Below, in pieces: positions 12,111 through 64,000 of a DNA stretch of 64,000 nucleotides. The stretch is from Octopus sinensis (Eukaryota): contig NC_042997.1 in NCBI RefSeq assembly GCF_006345805.1, forward strand, positions 178,250,001 through 178,314,000, given 5' to 3'. A program made the translations under genes and the position numbers. The notes beneath the pieces are model-generated. The model saw only the letters and a list, made by a program, of their open reading frames with translations. It had not been told where the DNA came from and did not search any database. Every line of letters begins with the position of its first letter. Positions within the stretch are counted from its first letter, which is position 1.

Positions 12111-15100
12111 AAACCCGCAAATGAAAACGAAATGTACAAAGCAAAGCAAGCCTTTATATTAATTTCTCTCATCTTTTGTTTTATCGTTTCTTTAATTTTA
12201 ACCATAAATTAAATTTTCCAATAATTTCATGCATGTATATGTTAGTCCATATATATTTCTATATATATTATACGCTGTGCCGTAATTCACTCTATGACTC
12301 CTTGAAGTTGCTTGATACATACATGCCTCTCCTCCTAGGTTCCCCCTTTTCCATATAGTCTTGTCTCTAACTTTTTCGTTTCTGAATTTATTAGTATTTA
12401 CAAAACAAACAACTGCATTAACAATAATAACAATAACAACTGTTTATTATACACACATTTTCTACTTTTTAAAAGAGAAAACTATGACCCCCATGTCAAA
12501 AAAGTTTAAAGGTGTAAACCTCTTACTCTCGCATTTTGTGATTACTTGATAATTATAATTACATAGGCATTTCAGTCTACGATGCTACTTTTTTTTTATT
12601 ATTATAACTGTTTATCAAACGTTGTTTCTTGAAATACTATACTGCAGGAATTGTAATCATTTGACTGAATTACTCATTTTAAACTATATAGTTAACTGTT
12701 ATTTCATATTGTGTAACTTTTAATTAAGATACTGACGTTTTTCTTTTTAGTCAATCGCGATACCAGACTTTTTCTTTCCCCACTCCAATTCAACAATAGT
12801 TTTTAAACAGCTGAGCCGAAAGTAGAACAAACGTTCTGCACTAGGTTTTGACAACTTATATATCATGTGTTTATTTACACTTAATCTTAAACCCACCTAT
12901 TGTCTGCTCAGTCCTACCTGCCTGATGTGTGTATTTATGTTTCATTCATATTTAAAACACAGTCGACACGTATCAATCTATAAATAATTCACACACCCGA
13001 TCTCATTCTTGTATGTGTGTATGTATATACATAAACATTTTGTATGCCCATTTACTGATATAACGTTTTCAAATGTATGTATTTATTTTATACCTTTAAA
13101 TTTTGTTTGTTAGCTAATATTGTTAATAATATCAAACTTTTTTTTGTAAACTGCACAATATTTTATTTACGTAACTCATATAGCTGACACATTCCTGTAG
13201 TTTAACATATATTCGTTTCAAACGTATGGAGAAAGGTTTTATTTCATTTAGATTATCGCCAAAATAAATCTTTTACGGGTATGATCTAGCTTAATGTGTA
13301 CTAATCAAATCGTATTTACACAGTTTTTTAAAAAAAATATCATAAACAAAGCAAAGCCTTTTATATTTTTAGACCGAAAAACCACTTGAATAGTTAAAAA
13401 TAACTTTATCATAGATCGACGGCTTAGAAAGTTTAGAGTATTAAGATTTTAATCCTGATTATTATGACCTGGAAAACCAGGTGCACAGCTTTAGATAATT
13501 ATTTTCGATTAAAAGCTCTTGCATTTAGAACCGAAATGTTGCCAATGATAACGAGCTCTTTGGAGTCGGTTATCATAACATACGGAGAGAGACGGGGTAT
13601 TATGGCGTACCAAGATCATGAAGATTCATGAATGAATTTTTATCTCTCATTCATTAAAAAAAAATTTGTTTTTATTTTAGTTGTTGGTGTTTAACCGCAA
13701 TCAATGTAGACTTTTTTAAATTTTTTACCTAAGTCAATTGGTTTTGATGCATTGCTTTGTCTCTCTACCTGCCTAGAACCCTCCCCCCCATTAGCGAAAT
13801 ATTCCTCTCTTCCGCCTTGAAAGAGGAAGGGTATATTATTGGTTAATGTTCTAGAGATATACTGCACATAAGACAGTAAAATACGAGATGGTCACAACAG
13901 GAATATCTTCGATCGCATCACGATCAGGCTTTACTCGTGGCTCAACAACCGTGCCAACTGTTCGCATAATTATTTACTAGCAGAGAGACAGAATACTTGT
14001 TCAGCTCCATCACTGTTCTGCGTTCAAATCCACGCTGGCTTCTCTTGGAGAAAGCGGGTGAAGATATAAATCTTACTGCTTATAGGTCCAAGTTTATGTA
14101 ACCCTCATTCTCTCAAATTGTAACCTGTCTTTGCAATGCGAAGGCGTGTGGTCTTGTAATTAGGTGTTAAGTTCACGATCATAAGGTTGTAGGTTCGATT
14201 CCTGGACCGGACGGGTTCAGACCTTGTGCAAAGTGCATCAGTTCACGTTGCTCCAGTCTTTTGAGTTGAAAATGAATACCTGGTGGCAGTGCAGTCTTTT
14301 CTCTCTCTACACCTGTCACATACTGTCTCTTTGTCTAAGTCTTCATTGCCCACTACTTTTTTTTTTGTTTACAGAATTTGGTTGTTATATTTTAGAAGGT
14401 CAAGCGAACCATGGTCCTCAAGATTTTTCAAATGGTTGACCAGCAGAAAATTACCATGTTTTTTTTTTTAGTTGTGCAGCCCACATGTTGATGAGCCATA
14501 AGGTTGCTTGCTATTGAGGTTTTCTTGTTGTCTCAAAGAACACATGTTTGTTTTCTGTCTTGCCCAGTTCATGACTATGTACTGTTTAATTTCTTTTCCT
14601 GAAGTATTCGAGCAATTTTAGAAAAGCGACCCCACAAAACCCTGATATATAATTACGTAAAAAGCACTATCCGAATCGTGGCCGATGCCAGCGCCGCCTC
14701 GACTGGCTTCCATGTCGGTGGCATGTAAAAAGCACCATCCGAATCGTGGCCGAAGCCAGTGCCGCCTCGACTGGTTTCCATGCAGGTGGCACGTAAAATG
14801 CACCAATCCGATCATGGCTGTTGCCAGCCTCGCCTGGCACCAGTGCAGGTGGCACGTAAAAAGCACCCACTACACTCACGGAGTGGTTGGCGTTGGGAAG
14901 GGCATCCAGCTGTAGAAACACTGCCAGATCAGACTGGGCCTGGTGCAGCCTTCTGGCTTCCCAGATCCCCGGTCGAACCGTCCAACCCATGCAAGCATGG
15001 AGAACGGACGTTAAACGATGATGATGTACATATGTGGAATGGTTATGGGGATAATGTGATTAAATAGTCACTGCTAGCTAAATTGATTGAATCTTGGACA

Positions 15101-16957
15101 ATCAGCCAAACTTTTCACCTTTGTTATAACATTGGCCTGACTGCAAAATATTTTTATTCAACATTTATATGGCAAACAATGTTTCTTCAACTGTTGAAGG
15201 TGGCTAATTCAGTAAGTAGAGATATCAGATGAGGGTTCAGTTGTCTTTTTCTGCTTTTTGATATTCCTTCACTGACACTATTATGTTGATGACTTAATTG
15301 CTGGCTCACTTCAGTAAGTACTGTGTTATGTACTGTATATCGATGTAGGCAGTGGGAGCTCTGTATAATTAAAAAGGCATTTAATTTATTTTCAGGGTTG
15401 CAATTAAATCCTTGATTGGAGTTATGAATGAGAAGCTTCTTTCATATGTTGGTCACAAGAATCAACAGGAATTTAAAGGTGTTAAGATGGAAGAAGGGTG
15501 GAATGTATGCCTCATATTTTGAAAAACAAAACAAAACAGAATGATCTTTTTTGTACATATAATTAAGAAGATTGATGTTAGGTAAATTCAGAATTTGAAG
15601 ATTTGTTTGGTAGGGTTGTAAAAGGTAGATTATTTGATGGCATAGTTCTACTACCATGTGTTTTACCAGCTGGCTTATAAATCCATCTTTATATCAACAA
15701 TGATAGAATGTTACATTTATATTTATCACTTCAAACTGTGTACTGTAAGCAGTTAAGCAGCATATTTTATTAGGAATTTTATGAGCATTAATGAAGAAAG
15801 AAAAGAGACACCAGCATTTTGGTTAATTAAAAAGGCGTTGAGCTGGCAGAAACGTTAGCACGCCGGGCGAAATGCTGAGCGGTATTTCGTCTGCCGTTAC
15901 GTTCTGAGTTCAAATTCCGCCAAGGTCGACTTTGCCTTTCATCCTTTCGGGGGTCGATAAATTAAGTACCAGTTACGCACTGGGGTCGATGTAATCAACT
16001 TAATCCATTTGTCCTTGTTTGTCCCCTCTGTGTTTAGCCCCTTGGGGGTAGTAAAGAAATAGGTATTTATGCTCTGGAGAAAAGGAAGAGATATTGACAT
16101 TTCGGACAATTTTTCAATTGTCAAGATAGGTAGACAAGAAAGGAAAAAAAAATCGTTAGTTATCAAGAAGAAGAAAAAAACAAAATTGTTGGTTGCCAAG
16201 AGAGAGAGAAATGATTAGCCACCTAATTTCAATTGTATTTCCTTTGTTCATTTTCTCATCTCTTTCAGTGCTACCACAATAATTTAGGTTGAGATGTGAA
16301 AGCAACAGAGGAAATGCAGTTGATAGATGTTATGTTAAGATGAAGTCTTAAATATATGTTAAAGTGCAACATTCTTTTTTGTCCTCTTATCCTGTTTGTT
16401 ATTTCCTTTTTCTTTAGGAAGTGATTGAAGCACTTTTAATTGTAGGAAATAAATTATTTCTTTGGGAAAAGGTTTTTAATATTTGAAGTAATTGAAAAAA
16501 AAAATTCCTTTCTGAATATTTCTTTTTGTTTAATGATACTTGGACTTCTGTAAAAACTTACATCCTTGCATATAGTATAATGAATTTCTCACATTTTAAG
16601 GACTGGAATTAGTAATTTAGCAAACTATATAATATGTAACTGGTACTATATTTTATCAATCCCAGAAAGATGAAAAACAAAATTTACCCTGGTGAGATTT
16701 GAACTCAGAAAATAGACATAAACTGTAAGGTTTATCTACCTAACATAGTCAAGTATTGGAGTTGATGGTATTGACTAACCCCCATTCCTTCAGAATTGTT
16801 GGCCTTGTGTCTAAATGAGAAACAATTATTATAAATCATAAGTAAATGTAAACATTATTATCAGTCAGAGACCTCAAGAGACAACAAGCTAGAAGTTCAA
16901 TTTGGTATTATACTAGAGTACCATATTTTTGGTTTTGCGCAGAGTATTGTTCTGGAG

Positions 16958-17273
16958 CAGAGGTTCTCAAACTTTTTGGGCTACCGCCCACCTCATGGCC
17001 ACATAATACCCTCAGTGCCCCCACCCCTATTTTTATGTATAAATAAAAATTTTATATTTTACTAATTTATACTATGAATCATTTGATATTTAATATAATA
17101 TTATATAATTTGAATACAATACTATAATAATATTATAAATTCATAAGCACCCCGAATCCGCTGCCTTTCTCCCTAATGCCTCCTTTTACTCTACTGCCCC
17201 CTTAGACACCAACACTCACTTGGATCCTCTCAACACCCACAGGGGGCAGTAGCGCCCACTTTGAGAACCTGTG
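16958..17273. mobile_element. hAT-type MITE
   Basis: TIRs cagaggttctcaaa / tttgagaacctgtg; 8-bp TSD ttctggag / ttctagag. Confidence 0.85.
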
Positions 17274-17949
17274 TTCTAGAGAGTGTTTGTCAAAACATAA
17301 GAAAATTATTATTATTGTTGTTGTTAAGGCAGTGAGCTGGTAGAATTGTAAGCACATTGAGTAAAATGCCTTGTAATATTTTGTCTTTATGTTCTGAGTT
17401 CAAATTGTGTCATGGTTGATTTGCATTTCAGCCTATATATATATATGACTCAAGGCAGTGGATTGGTAAAATTATTAGATCATTGAATTCAAACAGTCAC
17501 TGTGGTTGATAAAATAAAGTACCTGTCAAATATTAAGATTCATTCAACTGACTACTCCACGTCCCCTAAATTCTTTGCCTTTCATCCTTTTCTGAGTCAA
17601 TAAACTTTAGGTACCACTGAGATACGGTTAATATATTTTAACTATTCCCTTACCTCAAAATTCAAAATTATTGTCATCATCATTATTATTATCATTATCA
17701 TGGTGGCGAGCCGGCAGAATTGTTAGTATGCTGGGCGAAATGCTTAACGGCATTTCGCTTGTTGCTACGTTCTAAGTTCAAATTCTGCTGAGGTCAACTT
17801 TGTCTTTCATCCTTTCAGGGTTGATAAATTAAGTACCAATTACACATTGGGGTCAATGTAATCGACTTAATCCCTTCCCCCAAGTTTAAGGCCTTGTGCT
17901 TCCAGTAGAAAGGATTATCATTGTTGTTGTTATTATTATTATTATTCAG

Positions 17950-18165
17950 TAGTTTTATTTTTATATCGTGCTTTCACTTCACTACCGAGCGTAGCTCTGT
18001 GTGCCTTGGGTATGTGTTGTGATTTGTTGTGGTGCTCTGATGGTTACTGTATTGAAAGTGTTTTGCGTAGGATGTGTGCAGTGCCCAGTAGTGCAATTTT
18101 CTGTATGTTATATGTGTTTGTAAGTCCTGGTGTTTTTGTTATGTATTTGTCTGAATATTTTTTTA
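17950..18165 (-). mobile_element. Restriction-like-endonuclease (R4/Dong-type) non-LTR element 3' fragment
   Basis: IQKIALLGTAHILRKTL C-terminus followed by (TAA)n tail on - strand. Confidence 0.7.
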
Positions 18166-18680
18166 TCATTATTATTATTATTATTATCATTATCATTTCT
18201 TTTTTTCCCTTTATTTTGTAGGATGGAAATTTTTGATGCTGGATAGTTAGTGAATCCAAAGACTAAAAAATGGAAAACCTTAAATATCCTTTCTTCAAAT
18301 TTCTATGGTTGGAATTTCAACGGAAAAAAAATTATCCACTCATAATCAGAACAAATGAATGGAGAGGAATTCTCAAATAGTATCAAGAAATTCTAATTGG
18401 AAATATTCCCAACAAAGACCTTTATACACACACACACACACATACACATACACACATATAATATATATTTTGTTATTTTCATCTGTTGTATAGTTTATTT
18501 CCTAATAATGTAACCACAGTCAGCTTCTTACAAAAAAAAAAAAGGAAAACAAACAAAAAAAAACCCCAACTTATTCTGCTGTCATTGTTATCATTTGTTG
18601 TTTAATTTGTTGCCATTGTTACTCCATCACCAAGCTTTTATTTAGCTACTCTCAAGTACTGCAAGGTTTTACTTGTAGCT

Positions 18681-63337
<44,657 letters not shown>

Positions 63338-63538
63338 GTGAGATATTTCTTTTTATCTTCTCAGTGTTACTGTGTATTAGTTCCTGTTATTATAATTGCT
63401 TAACATTAACATTTGTTTTGTGGAATAAATTGTTGAATGTGGTTCATATTAATATCACTGAAGAGAAAGAGAGGTCATTGTGTTCTTTCATGATCGGTGG
63501 TGTGTGACAGCAAACACTTGAGTTTCTTTGAATGTATA

Positions 63539-63928
63539 CTAGCAGTATCGGCCGGCGTTGCTCGGGTTTGTTTCGACCCTTTAGAATTGGAAATTTTGAA
63601 AAGTAAAAATTTTGCATTATGTAGCTTGTTATCCTCTTTAAGTGAACATTTTTCTGGTTAAAATACACCGAAAAATGGTGACACAGCAGTCAAAAAATTG
63701 TAAAAAATAGGGATTTTCATAGAAAAAAAGCACCTTTTTGATGTAAATAATTTTTGGTCTTAACAAGGTCCAATTTGAATTTTATCTTCTATGCAATGAA
63801 GAGCAAGTCTTCTTCTATCATACTCTCAATTTTGGACAACTTGCATTGCAGGGTCTTGGAGGAAATAGTGTTAGTTGAAGGCTATCAAACCTGTCACACA
63901 CAGACAACTTCAGCTTTATATATATAGA
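63539..63928 (-). mobile_element. Non-autonomous Helitron
   Basis: Same termini and body as 31828-32223. Confidence 0.85.
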
Positions 63929-64000
63929 TTAAAATTTTCTTTTTACATGTGTATTTAGGATCTTTACCTTTTGACCTACAAATTTAAAAAATAATTTTTT

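Noticed and set aside
63959-64000. Next MBTPS1 exon after tttAG at 63958
   Set aside because: It translates GSLPFDLQI* rather than the expected G.PFTCFDA-like sequence, so the next exon lies outside the window.

Overview
AT-rich, repeat-dense animal genomic DNA. The SINE/MITE repertoire and microsatellites suggest a coleoid cephalopod, probably Octopus (inference). The window holds the 5' two-thirds of a + strand MBTPS1 gene (site-1 protease, SKI-1/S1P, subtilisin family S8). I traced 20 in-frame GT-AG coding exons from 18681 to 63337 (2098 nt, about 699 codons). They encode the signal peptide, the prodomain with RSLK and RQLL autoprocessing sites, the full Asp/His/Asn/Ser catalytic set and the start of the C-terminal region; the gene continues past the window. 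A CCAAT/ETS promoter near 11.7-12.1 kb looks bidirectional, with a possible spliced, apparently non-coding transcript on the - strand. Introns contain several SINE families, piggyBac/Tc1-mariner/hAT MITEs, non-autonomous Helitrons and LINE fragments. The most unusual element is a head-to-head palindromic pair of tRNA-Ser-derived SINE-like units (49905-50385), each ending in a minimal hammerhead-ribozyme-like motif of the kind found in Penelope-like elements. Several long fold-backs also sit close to exons and are candidate ADAR substrates. Almost all ORFs in the supplied track come from repeats.
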